From NCBI GenBank assembly GCA_044225505.1, contig JBGAIN010000004.1:17689-81688 (forward strand): a stretch of DNA of 64,000 nt, read 5' to 3'. The position numbers and the translations under genes are program-made. Within the stretch, counting starts at the first letter, position 1. The number at the start of each line of letters is the position of its first letter. The notes beneath the pieces were generated by a model. The model worked only from the letters and a program-made list of their open reading frames with translations. It was not told where the DNA came from and ran no database searches. This DNA is from Limisphaerales bacterium. Its GTDB lineage: Bacteria > Verrucomicrobiota > Verrucomicrobiia > Limisphaerales > SIBE01. Shown here in pieces: positions 37,232 through 47,362 of this stretch.

Positions 37232-38617
37232 TCATTTCGAAGAGCGCCGGCCCAGCAACTCGATCTCGTCGCGGGTAAGCGCGTGATCCCAGAGCGCGAC
37301 TTCATCCAGCTCGCCTTTGAAAAGGCGGGCAGACTCTTCCCGTCCAGCTTCCGCCCCCAAAAGAAAGGGCGCTTCACTCGGCAGCACGGCCCCGCTTACT
37401 GGAACTTCCGCCATCACCTGGCCATCGCACCAAAGTTGAAGCCTGGCGCCGTCATAGCCGCCGATCAAATCGTGCCACTCCCCACGAGCGATTTTGGCTG
37501 ACGGGAAACCCACCGACTGCGCTCCGGCCTTCGTTCGAATTTCAAACACGATCTCAGAATTCGTTCCCCCACCGAGATAAAACGACCCGGCTCCCCCCAA
37601 CTGGCCCTTAGTCAATAGAGCACCGTCCCAACGACCGTCCGTGATCCGCGCCCTGGCAAACACCGTCAATGCGTGTCCTGAAATGTTCCAGGTCTTGCAG
37701 TCGTTCAAGGCCATGTCCGAGCTGAACCCGCCTCGGTCCAAGAGCGCCACCGCCATGGGCCGTGTATCGGGAGATCCGGCCGCCGGTGCGCCAATCTTAA
37801 CCTTGCCCATTGGCTTCAAGGGAGGTTGGTGGGAATTGATTCGTTCACCCAGGTTCCAATGAAGTGCGGCTTGCAACAAGAGACGTGGCCGCGAACTGAG
37901 TTCCACGGCTGGGATCAAGCGCTTGTATCGGATGTTGCGGAACTGCACTTTCATGGGAGGCCCCGTGTGCAATTGCAGGCCCAACACTCCAGCTGGTTCA
38001 TAGCTGTCTGGATCTTGATCGAGGACTTCTGCGACCCGCTTATCGTTGATCGATAGAATCAGTTGAGGCCCTCGCGCGACGAGGTGATATCGGTGCCACT
38101 CGTTCAGTTTGAAATCCGATGCGCCCGGTTCGAGTGTCAGCTTTTCCGTCAGTTTCCGACCTTCACGGTCAAAGACCGTTTGCTCGCCTTCGAGAGCCAA
38201 ATCGTGGCGCCCATGTTCATCATAGAGCCGAACCTTCCACGGTGTGCCGAAGTTATTATCCACCTGGTAACCCGCAACATCCCCGTTCGGTAACCGCCGG
38301 CTGCGAAATTGAAATCCGCCATTCTCGTTGCGAGCACTGCAAGCGGTGAACCGAAACTCCAATTGCAGCTCGAAATCCTGCAACAATTCACGCTGCCAGA
38401 TTAGGTACTGATTCATTCGCGGCGCATGCTCCGGCGAAATCGTCCCTGTAATGGCTCCATCCTCAATGGTCCAAAAACTCATATCCTGGCCGAGCCAACC
38501 GTCGAACGAACGGCCGTCGAAGATGGATTCGAACCCCACCGGCTCGGCCGCACGCGTTTGATTCAATGCCATCCAAAAACTCACCAGAGCCCATAGGATT
38601 GAGAAGCGCGAACTCAT
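37232..38617 (-). CDS. Secreted DUF1080 (3-keto-disaccharide hydrolase-like) plus LamG-like jelly-roll protein
   Basis: 461-aa ORF with a signal peptide. DUF1080 N-terminus FDGRSFDGWLGQDMSFWTIEDGAITG ... NDKRV. C-terminal LamG-type block GEWHDLIGGYDGARLQLWCDG ... FKGELDEVALWDHALTRDEI. Confidence 0.75.
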   Translation of the reverse strand: MSSRFSILWALVSFWMALNQTRAAEPVGFESIFDGRSFDGWLGQDMSFWTIEDGAITGTISPEHAPRMNQYLIWQRELLQDFELQLEFRFTACSARNENGGFQFRSRRLPNGDVAGYQVDNNFGTPWKVRLYDEHGRHDLALEGEQTVFDREGRKLTEKLTLEPGASDFKLNEWHRYHLVARGPQLILSINDKRVAEVLDQDPDSYEPAGVLGLQLHTGPPMKVQFRNIRYKRLIPAVELSSRPRLLLQAALHWNLGERINSHQPPLKPMGKVKIGAPAAGSPDTRPMAVALLDRGGFSSDMALNDCKTWNISGHALTVFARARITDGRWDGALLTKGQLGGAGSFYLGGGTNSEIVFEIRTKAGAQSVGFPSAKIARGEWHDLIGGYDGARLQLWCDGQVMAEVPVSGAVLPSEAPFLLGAEAGREESARLFKGELDEVALWDHALTRDEIELLGRRSSK

Positions 38618-39146
38618 AAATCGACGTCGTTACTGTTGGTTCCTAGACTCTAGCGCTCCTCGCTTTGGCGTGCCAGGAGGAATCGGCATTGCCAAAGCGT
38701 CCTATCTTTGGCAAGCAAGGGATGAGCAGCTGTTTCATTTCGCGGGCGCGTCGCCCTGAGCAGAGCTGACCAACCTGACCCGCTCATTCGGGGCTTGGTG
38801 TTCGGGCCTCGGCGTAAGCTCGAGTCCCGGTGTTCGAGTGGTTCAGTCGTGAAATTCGTCTTATGCGAACGTCCTTTCATTTCACTCCTAGCCTCGCGCT
38901 GTTGACGGCATGGCTAATCCTTCTAGCAAGCACTGAGCGCGGTCGCGGCGCCGGGCTCCAGACGGACGACACTCTGGAACCGGCTCACCGCGCCTACGCC
39001 ACGTTGCTCCAACCGCAGGAACACCCGGACTACCGCCGGCGTGCAGTCAAACCTCGACCTGGGCGACGTTCAAAGATCAAACCCAGTTCACCTGTCTTCG
39101 AGGTTTCAACATCTCGGAAGATCGCATTGTTGGTTTTGCGGAGGAG

Positions 39147-41675
39147 TTGGAGAAGTTTACCAAAACACATGCCTTGGGCAACGTCATCTGGCCGGCGTAT
39201 CCGATCCTTTTCGCCAAGAATCTAGGTGACCTGGCCGACGAAATCCACCGACGCGACTTATACCTATTTGATATCTGGGGTTACGTTCCGGGATCTGGTC
39301 CTGGCGGGTACTGGCAACAGTTCAAGCCATCGCCAGACATGTTTCGCCTCCTTGAGGGCCGCTTAGGTGAACGTTGGCTTGGCACGGACATTGGAGAGCA
39401 AGACGGCCGCTATGTGGGAGGGTACGCCGAGCAAATGACACCCGCATCCGGGTCGCGCTTGGAGCAGTATGCTAATTTCCAGCGGCACTTTGAGCGGATG
39501 GGAGACGATCTCGGACACAAGCACGCCACGCTCGTCTCGCTCAACTTCGGACATTATTTCCTGAAGGAAGGAACCTACACCCTGATCGGAGCCGAAACGG
39601 CCCAAGCCTTACCGAATAACCAAGTCTATTACGCATTCATTCGTGGCGCCGGCAAACAATACGGTGTCCCTTGGTTTGGCAATGCCTCCATCTTCAACCG
39701 TTGGGGCTTTAAAACCTATGGCTCAACCGGGCGCAGCGACGGCTACGAACACGGGCCCACTAAAGGCACGAGCCTGAGTTTGTTGAAGCGGCTGCTGTAC
39801 AGTCACATCTTCTATAATTCCGTCGCTGTTGGATTTGAGAACGGGTGGTTTGATGGAGAGCAGCTTTCGCCGATTGGCCGCATTCAGCAGGCCGCTCAAC
39901 GTTGGATTCAGGAAAACGGGCAACCTGGCGTGATGCAGACGCCCGTGGCGCTGCTCCTCGATTTCCACGCCGGCTGGACGTTTCCTCGGCACCTTTACAC
40001 GGACAAGGTCTATCGCGTTTGGGGTAATCTGCCCTACGAAGCGGGCGATTACTTCACTGACGCGGTGCTCGATCTACTCTATCCGGGATACCAGGATTCG
40101 TCGTATTTCCACGATGAGTCCGGATTCATCACAGCCACCCCTTATGGTGACATGGTTGATTGTCTGCTAAGTGATGCTCCTGGCTGGCTCTTAGACCGTT
40201 ACTCGGTCGTAGTCTTGGCTGGCAGGGTCGCGGGCGGCGTTGAACTCGGTCAGAAACTGGAACGTTACCTGGAGAACGGGGGTCATCTCATCCTCACCTC
40301 GGGCAACCTGGCTCGCTTCCCGGGAGGTCTGGCCGGCCAATCGAACGTGGTTCGGGAAGTCGTCGTCCGCCACGGGAAAGGGAAATTGACGCTCTTGCCG
40401 AGTGAATTTGGAATCAACCTAGAGCCACCTTTGGAGACCGCATTAAAAAGTCAGACAGACCATCCCCTGCCCAAACCTTACGCTCTGCGTCCAGAGGTCC
40501 GCCAGGCTCTCAACGACACGTTCCGTTCGCAGGCCTTGTTCGACGTCGGCAATCCAGCCCTCAGCTTTATCACCTGCCGCCGCGGCCCGAGCGAATACCG
40601 GTTGTGCATTGCCAACAACTCCTGGCGCGAACTGCCCTTCCGTATCGAATCGCGTTGCGGAGTTATTTCCTCGATTCAGGAACTGCCCCTCGACAGCTCA
40701 GAGAAAGCGGCCGTCGGCTATCTGCCCGAGAGCATTCCCTCGAACCCACCTAACCTCATTTCCACTCACGTCATCGCCGGTGGTGATGTGCGGGTATTTG
40801 CTGTTCATTTGTCCGAATCAAACGTCGCGGAAATCCCGCACCTTGCGCCGCCGCCAAACCCGCGCCGTCGATTCCTCACTCTGCGCGACGTCCGTTCGAT
40901 TAAGGAAGAACTCCTCCGTCGTCCCACGTTCTTTGAGCATTTTGACGGCGTGATGGTGGATTGGAAATATCTTCACGAGCGCGAGAAAGCGGCCGTGCAA
41001 CAAGAGTCCGGGTGGATCCGCAGGCAAGGGCTGAACGTTGCGGTGGATCTCAGCTCCGGGATCAACTTATATCCCACCCTCCGGATGATCGATAATTCAC
41101 CCGAGGACTACGCCGCCAGTCTCGCGGCCATTCGCGATGTGCTCGTGAAAATGGCGTTATTGGGGGCGCACGATCTTTTTCTTTCGCTCCATCGTCATCC
41201 CGAGAACAATTTCACGGATGTCCAAACTCGGGCCGCGTTCGAAAAAGTGTTGCTCCAACTGGCGACTGATGCCCAGGAGCATGGCGTGACCCTCCAATTG
41301 CGTATGGCTCACGGCAAACCGCCCTGGAGTCTTCCCGAGGCCGTTCAACTCTTGGAAAAGATCAAGGCTCCAAACGTGCGCCTCGCGCCGAGCATGGCGT
41401 TACTCCCGGATCCTGCAACCGCGAAGGAACTGATGGACTCTTTGGCGCCCAAGCTAGGATCCTGGTTATTGGCCACCGAACGCAAAGACCAAGCCGGAAG
41501 AACCTGGGACGTTCACGCGCCGCTGGCAAAGGCCGATCCAACCTGTCTTGAGACCGTGGCGCAATGGCTCTCCAAAAGCCCAACTACTCCCATCGTGTTT
41601 GACGCCATCTGCCGCACGCTCGACGACGAGTTCCTCGAATCGCGAGCCCTCGATGGCATTCTAAATTTGCGCTGA
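39147..41675 (+). CDS. Large hypothetical protein whose C-terminal ~250 aa resemble a xylose-isomerase-like TIM barrel; the N-terminus is probably mis-framed (see findings)
   Basis: 842-aa ORF starting at a poorly placed TTG. The reading frame is open and protein-like back to 38937. A signal-peptide ORF (ATG 38863, MRTSFHFTPSLALLTAWLILLAS) lies upstream in another frame. Confidence 0.6.
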   Translation: MEKFTKTHALGNVIWPAYPILFAKNLGDLADEIHRRDLYLFDIWGYVPGSGPGGYWQQFKPSPDMFRLLEGRLGERWLGTDIGEQDGRYVGGYAEQMTPASGSRLEQYANFQRHFERMGDDLGHKHATLVSLNFGHYFLKEGTYTLIGAETAQALPNNQVYYAFIRGAGKQYGVPWFGNASIFNRWGFKTYGSTGRSDGYEHGPTKGTSLSLLKRLLYSHIFYNSVAVGFENGWFDGEQLSPIGRIQQAAQRWIQENGQPGVMQTPVALLLDFHAGWTFPRHLYTDKVYRVWGNLPYEAGDYFTDAVLDLLYPGYQDSSYFHDESGFITATPYGDMVDCLLSDAPGWLLDRYSVVVLAGRVAGGVELGQKLERYLENGGHLILTSGNLARFPGGLAGQSNVVREVVVRHGKGKLTLLPSEFGINLEPPLETALKSQTDHPLPKPYALRPEVRQALNDTFRSQALFDVGNPALSFITCRRGPSEYRLCIANNSWRELPFRIESRCGVISSIQELPLDSSEKAAVGYLPESIPSNPPNLISTHVIAGGDVRVFAVHLSESNVAEIPHLAPPPNPRRRFLTLRDVRSIKEELLRRPTFFEHFDGVMVDWKYLHEREKAAVQQESGWIRRQGLNVAVDLSSGINLYPTLRMIDNSPEDYAASLAAIRDVLVKMALLGAHDLFLSLHRHPENNFTDVQTRAAFEKVLLQLATDAQEHGVTLQLRMAHGKPPWSLPEAVQLLEKIKAPNVRLAPSMALLPDPATAKELMDSLAPKLGSWLLATERKDQAGRTWDVHAPLAKADPTCLETVAQWLSKSPTTPIVFDAICRTLDDEFLESRALDGILNLR

Positions 41676-41744
41676 CGCCTTGGACCAGCATCGGACTTGC
41701 CAGAGGCACGCAAGGCCCAGACCGGACCCCACAGACACCCAGGT

Positions 41745-44700
41745 TCACGGCTGCCAATGCGGCCACATCGCGGCTTCTCCCATCTTAAGATCCGTCACCT
41801 GCCGTTCGGACCCGTCCGCCAAGTTTCTAACGACAAGTTGCCTCACCCCACCACGCTTGGCCCCATAAACAAGCCATTGCCCATCGGGCGACGGTTCCGG
41901 ATGGTACTGAAGCGTGCCCACGGGTGAGTGGGTCAATTGACGCGCCGCGCCATCGAGGGACGTCTGGAAAAGCTCCACATTCGGGCCGGCCTTCGCCGTG
42001 TAGAAAACACTCTGACCATCATGAGACCAGACGGGCACGTCGCTGCTACCCTCGTGAAAGTCGGGGACATCGAGGAACAAAATCCATCCCTGGTACCCCC
42101 CGAAATCGGCCAACTGGCGTAAGCCCGTGCCATCGGAGCGCACGACGTAGAGATTACAGTGTCCACGCACGCCGCTCACAAACAGAATCCAATCCCCTTG
42201 AGGCGACCAGCGAGGCCCGAAATTAAAAACGTTCCCGGTCTCAACCTTCTTCTTCCCGGTGCCATCCAAGTTCGCGATGTAGATCTGATAATCCTCGTGG
42301 TAGCAAATGCGTCGACCGTCCGGAGACGCATTATATCCGTAGGCGAATCCTCCACCTTCGCCAGATACGTCACGTTTGTTTCGGCCATCCAGGTCCATGA
42401 CGAATGGTTTCGAGACTCCGTTGATCAGCGGCGTAAATCCAAGCCCCTTGCCCTCCGGCAGAAAGAACAGGCCTCCGTTGTAGTGACTAACCCGGTCCTT
42501 CGCGGTCAGATTCTCGGCGCGCCCCGATTCGAGGTCCACCAGGTAACTATCCAGCATCCAGGCCTGGCTGCATTCGGAACGTTTTGTGGTCTTCCTCCCA
42601 ACGCGCGTTCTCGGGATCTTGCCAACCCCGGGAGAGGATGGCGGTGCGTCCATCAGGCGACCACCCCGCAAACTGGGTCCAAGCGTTAGGATCGTCCACC
42701 ATGGCATCGCCCAGGCGTTTTCGTCCCTGCCCGTCCGCCTGGATCAACATCGCTCGCATGGTCCGGACGTTGGCATGTCGCCCCCCTGGAAGATCGGTGC
42801 GGAGTTCCGTATAACCAATCCAACGAGTCGAAGTTTTGCTCGCGCTCGTTGCTTGACCAAGGTCGCTCCGTCGGTCGCCAGAAAGGGCTAAGGCCCCAGC
42901 CACACGAATCACTCCCAAACGCCGATCCAATGCCGCTGCCATGGGATCAGGCCCCGAGTCGCCCAGCCGCCGCCGGATTTCTTTGCGCAACCACCAAAAC
43001 CCGGAGTTCCAGGAATACAGGATGTGCCCGTGCGGATGTCCGTCCACGGTGCTGATGGACTCATTAAAAGCTGGGACTTGCGCAATCTCGCGCTCGATCC
43101 GTTCCACCAGGAGTGCGTCCACAGTCGAGCTGGGCAACCCATGCACACCGGCCAACAAATAGTTGGCCGCGTCGTTTAAGAACCAGGATCCACCGTAGCA
43201 ATACACGCCAGAGTGCCCCGGCAAGAGCGAACCATCCGCTTGCGAGATCACGCGGAGCCCGAACGGAGTTTTAACACGCTCCGAAGTTCGGTAATGCGTG
43301 AGCACCTGCTCATCCGTGAGGAGTTTTCGGCCGAAAACCGCGTAGGTTAAGGTTGCGCCATAGAGGGTGTCTTGCCCAAGGATATCGCGCTGGAATCGGC
43401 TGGTAGGCATGAACCCGCGCTCGCGATTGAACAGGGCCTGGTAGGCTGACACCGCTTGTTCGACCTCTTGGTTCTGGATCCCCAATCCCAGTTCCTGTGC
43501 GGCTAAAAGCGCGCCGCAATGGAACCCTTGATCGCTCGTCGGACAATCGCCGTCGTCGTACTGCAGAACGTCATGGTACGTTTTCCATCCTTTCGGATTG
43601 GGCGCCCCAGGCAGCGACGGTGGGATGTAGGCCCCGTCTTTCTCGTGTTCTCGAATGAAAGCGTAAGCGCGGCGGACCAGCGCGTCGTTGACAGTGCCTC
43701 CCGCGCGTTTCATCAAGACCGCCCAGATCAGGTAGTAGTGGGCGTTGTCTTCGTAATCCATGCGCGTCCAAAAGACGGCGCGATTGGCTTCGATCGTTTT
43801 CTCCGGATCGTCCAGACCAAGGGCCGTATAGAAACCGTCGCTTACCCACTGTTTCCAGCCATAGCCAGGTCCCGAGACAAAAATATAGCGCCCGTCCCGA
43901 GGTTGGTGAGCCGCGTCGAGGGCCAGGTTGCGGCGCAACAAATAGAGCGATGTATTCCGGAGAATCGCTTCGAGGGCGGATGAATTCCATCCCTTGGCGT
44001 TCGCCACTGCCAAATGCGCGGCAAGCTGAGCATCGTAATGATGGCGAGCGGGGCTGGCAAAAACCCAGGTGGTAAAGAGGCGTGTTTCGCCGGGGCTGAT
44101 CGATTGCCAGCCGTCCATCGAATATTGATACGTGTCACGCGCATCCTCGGGCGGTTTTACCACCAGCGGATACGGATCCCGGCCATCGCCCGTGAAGATG
44201 GCCAAGCGCCGGGCCGGTGGATCGAGCATCACTTGGCACCGGTTCTCCCACAACCCTGGAGAGTCCGCGGCCAATCCTAACACATTGCTGTCCGTACGGA
44301 GCAGCCCCACAGGAAAAGTCTCCGTCCGCGCCGCGCCGCGCACGGTATCGCACAAGAGACGCTCCTTGGTGGGACCGGAAAACGACGCATACTCGCCAGT
44401 CCAGCTCGCTTGCAGGGAGAAGCAAACCGAGAATTGCTGAGCGGTTGAAGCCGTCACCTCGAGCGTCCGTTCAATGAGATTGGGCGCTTTTTGAAGAAGT
44501 CGCCAGCGCACGGTCAGCTCTCCCGTTTGCACAGGACCCAACTCGACGCCTCCAGGCACGTCCCGACGTTGCTGGAACAGAACAGGAAAAGGCTGCTGGC
44601 CAGGGCGCAAGAGCTGGACCCCCGCGGGCGCGAGAGCCTCCGGAACACTGACCGGTCGATCATTCACCCGATACTCCACGGCGTAATTCCCGTCCGGCCG

Positions 44701-44823
44701 TTCGGTGACCGCAAACCGGAGGTCCTGGGCCGCCGCACCGCCAGCCAGGGCGATTCCCACAGCGAGGAACAGGTGGCCGATCCAGAAAGCATTCGACTGG
44801 GTATGAAATAGTTTCACAAGCAT
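41745..44823 (-). pseudogene. Frame-disrupted gene: secreted six-hairpin-like glycosidase-like domain fused to a TolB-like (PD40) beta-propeller
   Basis: ORF 42547..44823 ends ...GWSPDGRTAILSRGWQDPENARWEEDHKTFRMQPGLDAG*. ORF 41745..42707 becomes protein-like only from ...WMLDSYLVDLESGRAENLTAKDRV and continues with PD40-type repeats (SPDGRRICY, SPQGDWILF, SHDGQSVFY, SPDGQWLVY). Skipping one base near 42560-42570 (cag cca ggc [c] tgg atg) joins them into about 1025 aa. Confidence 0.6.
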
Positions 44824-44976
44824 CTCGGATTACGCGACGAGCCTACCGTCAATCCGACCAAACTCCAACCGACAATCTCCATTCGAAGAAGCTTCCGAAG
44901 CCTGAGACCGGGAGGGACCCAATCAACCTGGCCTGGCGTGGGATAAACTGCTTGGGAGGAATAGGACGGATGAAGA

Positions 44977-45573
44977 CTATGCGTTGCGCCGGAAGGCTGA
45001 ACGCATCCGGTTCATCCGCTCGCGCAGGCCGCCTTGGGCGAGGAAATCGACTTCCAACCGGTGGAGCTGTTGGTCGATCAGGTAATTGGTCTGATGAATG
45101 AGGCAAATGGCGATATTGGCGACTATCGCCGCTGAACGGCTCTCCACAAAGTAGCGATAATCCTCGAATGTTGATGGGGTCTTGCGTCCGAGGTGCCGGA
45201 CGTAGAGCGCCTCTTTGGAATCCTTACCCCATAGAGGAAGGTCGCGTGCACGCAGATAATCGCAGTAATCATCCAGGAGCTCTTCCAGACTCGCGCGCGC
45301 GACGTTCGTCAGCTTAATTTCTGTCTCTTTAGAGGTTCTACCGGCTTTGCTTCCTTCAAGAAAGTTCTTCTTTCCGGACCGCGCCGCCTGAATCATTTGA
45401 TCAATGGTCCGATCGCCCTTAGACAGAAACTTATGAGCAAAGCGGAAGGTGATGTCGTAGATAACTTCCGCCTTCTGAAAAGAAAGCAGAGTTCGATAGT
45501 CACCGCGAGGTGGAATGAGCCGTTCCTGTGGCGCTCCGTTCCTCCCATCATTCGCATTCTTCCCATCTGCCAT
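44977..45573 (-). CDS. Four-helix-bundle protein (23S rRNA intervening-sequence protein family) with a C-terminal suffix domain
   Basis: ORF 44977..45627. The ATG at 45573 is preceded by GGAGGATGT. Family block QMIQAARSGKKNFLEGS corresponds to Q..RSa.Si..NiaEG. Confidence 0.75.
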   Translation of the reverse strand: MADGKNANDGRNGAPQERLIPPRGDYRTLLSFQKAEVIYDITFRFAHKFLSKGDRTIDQMIQAARSGKKNFLEGSKAGRTSKETEIKLTNVARASLEELLDDYCDYLRARDLPLWGKDSKEALYVRHLGRKTPSTFEDYRYFVESRSAAIVANIAICLIHQTNYLIDQQLHRLEVDFLAQGGLRERMNRMRSAFRRNA

Positions 45574-45927
45574 ACATCCTCCCTCTTCTCGAGTGTGAGG
45601 ACAGCGTCCGTAGCAGGCAAGGCGCAAATGACCCGCCGCTTCCCGTGTGCTGTCTACCTAAACTTCGGAATTGCCCAAGGTGTTCCAGAGGGAAGAGCGC
45701 ATCACCAGATCAAATCGTTCTCCACTTCAGCCAGCTTCGTAGGGCATTCACGCGTTCCATTACTAACATGCGCTCATCCATCGACACGACATGAACTGCC
45801 GCTCCGCTTCTGGGGATGGGCTTGCCGGGCGAATAGAAATGGTTATTCTGGTATACGACCTCACGTTCGGCAGCCGTCGGTCAGTCGGGTTATTGGCGAT
45901 GAACATTGCGTGGCTCGGATTGCGACT

Positions 45928-46188
45928 ATGAAATTCCTGTTTGCCCAGCCGACGGGTCTGCTTGCAGCGGTCTTGCTCGCTTCTGGATGCGCTAGTAGCC
46001 AGTCCGATCACAGGCCCCACCTATCTCCGATTCGCTGGGAGTATTGGTCAGCATCTGGGCCTGCGCAGCCCATCATGCCGGGGGCGCAGACGCGAATTGA
46101 AGCTGGATGGGAAGTCGTGGTGTTTTCCATTTCCGGGCCCGCCTCTGATCCCTACGCTGTTGTGACTTTGAGACGCCCAAAGAAATGA
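45928..46188 (+). CDS. Small hypothetical lipoprotein
   Basis: This is the last 86 codons of ORF 45397..46188, from ATG 45928: MKFLFAQPTGLLAAVLLASGCASS (signal plus lipobox ASGC). The upstream part of the long ORF is antisense to the four-helix-bundle gene and looks spurious. Confidence 0.45.
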   Translation: MKFLFAQPTGLLAAVLLASGCASSQSDHRPHLSPIRWEYWSASGPAQPIMPGAQTRIEAGWEVVVFSISGPASDPYAVVTLRRPKK

Positions 46189-46408
46189 AGAAACTCATCG
46201 CCGAACCGTGGAGTCAGTAAACGGCGACCTGGTGCACCATTATGTCCCAGCTATTTCGGAGGCGATTCGAACAGAGAGTTTTTCGCCCACCCACTCGGCT
46301 TCGAGGGTCAGCCGATCGCGGATGTGGGCAACATCGTCGGTCTCGGAAATGCCGGCACAAGCATTCCTAAATTCCCATGGGTCGACTTGATGATAGTCAG
46401 TTTTTCAA

Positions 46409-47358
46409 ATGAGTATTCGATACAAGCAAATCCTGGCATGGGCATTCCTGGCGCTTGCCCTTGCGGTTCTATTTTGCGGCATCAAGCTGGCGCGCGGCGT
46501 GCGGCCGGTCGAGACGACCACGTCCGTGAGCGAAATCATCGGCCAACTTAAAGATAAGAGTCTTCCCGTCACTAATCGTGTTCGCGCCTGCTTGGATGCT
46601 CGCCGAGCTTCGGGCTGGTGCAAAACAAGCGGTCCCGGCGTTGATGGACGCAGTGAACGATTCGAGCTTCGCTGTCAGGAATACGGCAGTCTACGCTCTC
46701 GGCCGAATTGGGCCTGACGCCGCTGAGGCATGGCCTTTGCTCGTCCAGGCTCTGCGCGACTGGCAGTCAGGAGGGTCCAGCGAAGGGTTGGCTGAATCCG
46801 CCGCTTTCCTGGGCGCAACACAAAAGAGAAAACCCCGCTTGGGAATACATTGGGGCTCGAGGACCAGCCAATCAAAAGAACAGATGGCCTTCTTACATCC
46901 GGTATAAAGCGCTTCGGGCTCTGGCCACGATCGGTCCCGCGGCAAACCAGGCGTCGCCGAACGTCCTGGAAATAGCACAAGACGATTCAGACCTGTTGCG
47001 CTTCGAGGCAGCCATCACGGCGCTCCGGCTTGGTGCGCCGTGCGAGAACGTCGTGGCTCCACTCCTCCGTGGACTATCGGATCCTGCTCAAGACACGCGG
47101 CGCCTTGCGATGGGCGTTCTAGCGCGGACAGCCAGAGATTGCCCGAGCGGCGTTCTTGCCATCGCCCGCGGACTGGAGGATGAAAACCTGTCGGTCCGCT
47201 CAGCAGCGGTGGAAGCGTTGACCGAACTCGGGACCAACTCGCTGCCAGCGCTGCCAGCTTTGGAAAAAGCTGTTCACGATCCAAAATATGCCGTGCGCCC
47301 AGCAGCAACTAATTTAGTCAGGATACTCCGGCATCATCGGACTGGACCGATCGAGTGA
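46409..47358 (+). pseudogene. Membrane-anchored HEAT-repeat protein split over three reading frames
   Basis: Segment 1 (46409 frame): MSIRYKQILAWAFLALALAVLFCGI...KDKSLPVTNRVRA. Segment 2 (46578 frame): AWMLAELRAGAKQAVPALMDAVNDSSFAVRNTAVYALGRIGPDAAEAWPLLVQALRD. Segment 3 (46708 frame): SYIRYKALRALATIGPAAN...DENLSVRSAAVEALTELG...DPKYAVRPAA. Removing one C at about 46587 (gcgcc) restores VRAAWMLAE. The second shift lies near the A4/A4/C4 runs at 46821-46836. Confidence 0.55.
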
Positions 47359-47362
47359 ATGA

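Noticed and set aside
44977-45573. Possibility of a diversity-generating retroelement, because the four-helix-bundle protein is Avd-like
   Set aside because: The window contains no reverse transcriptase ORF and no template/variable repeat pair.
45397-45927. Upstream 177 codons of ORF 45397..46188
   Set aside because: The first part is antisense to the four-helix-bundle gene. Only the last 86 codons (ATG 45928) encode a coherent signal peptide and lipobox protein.
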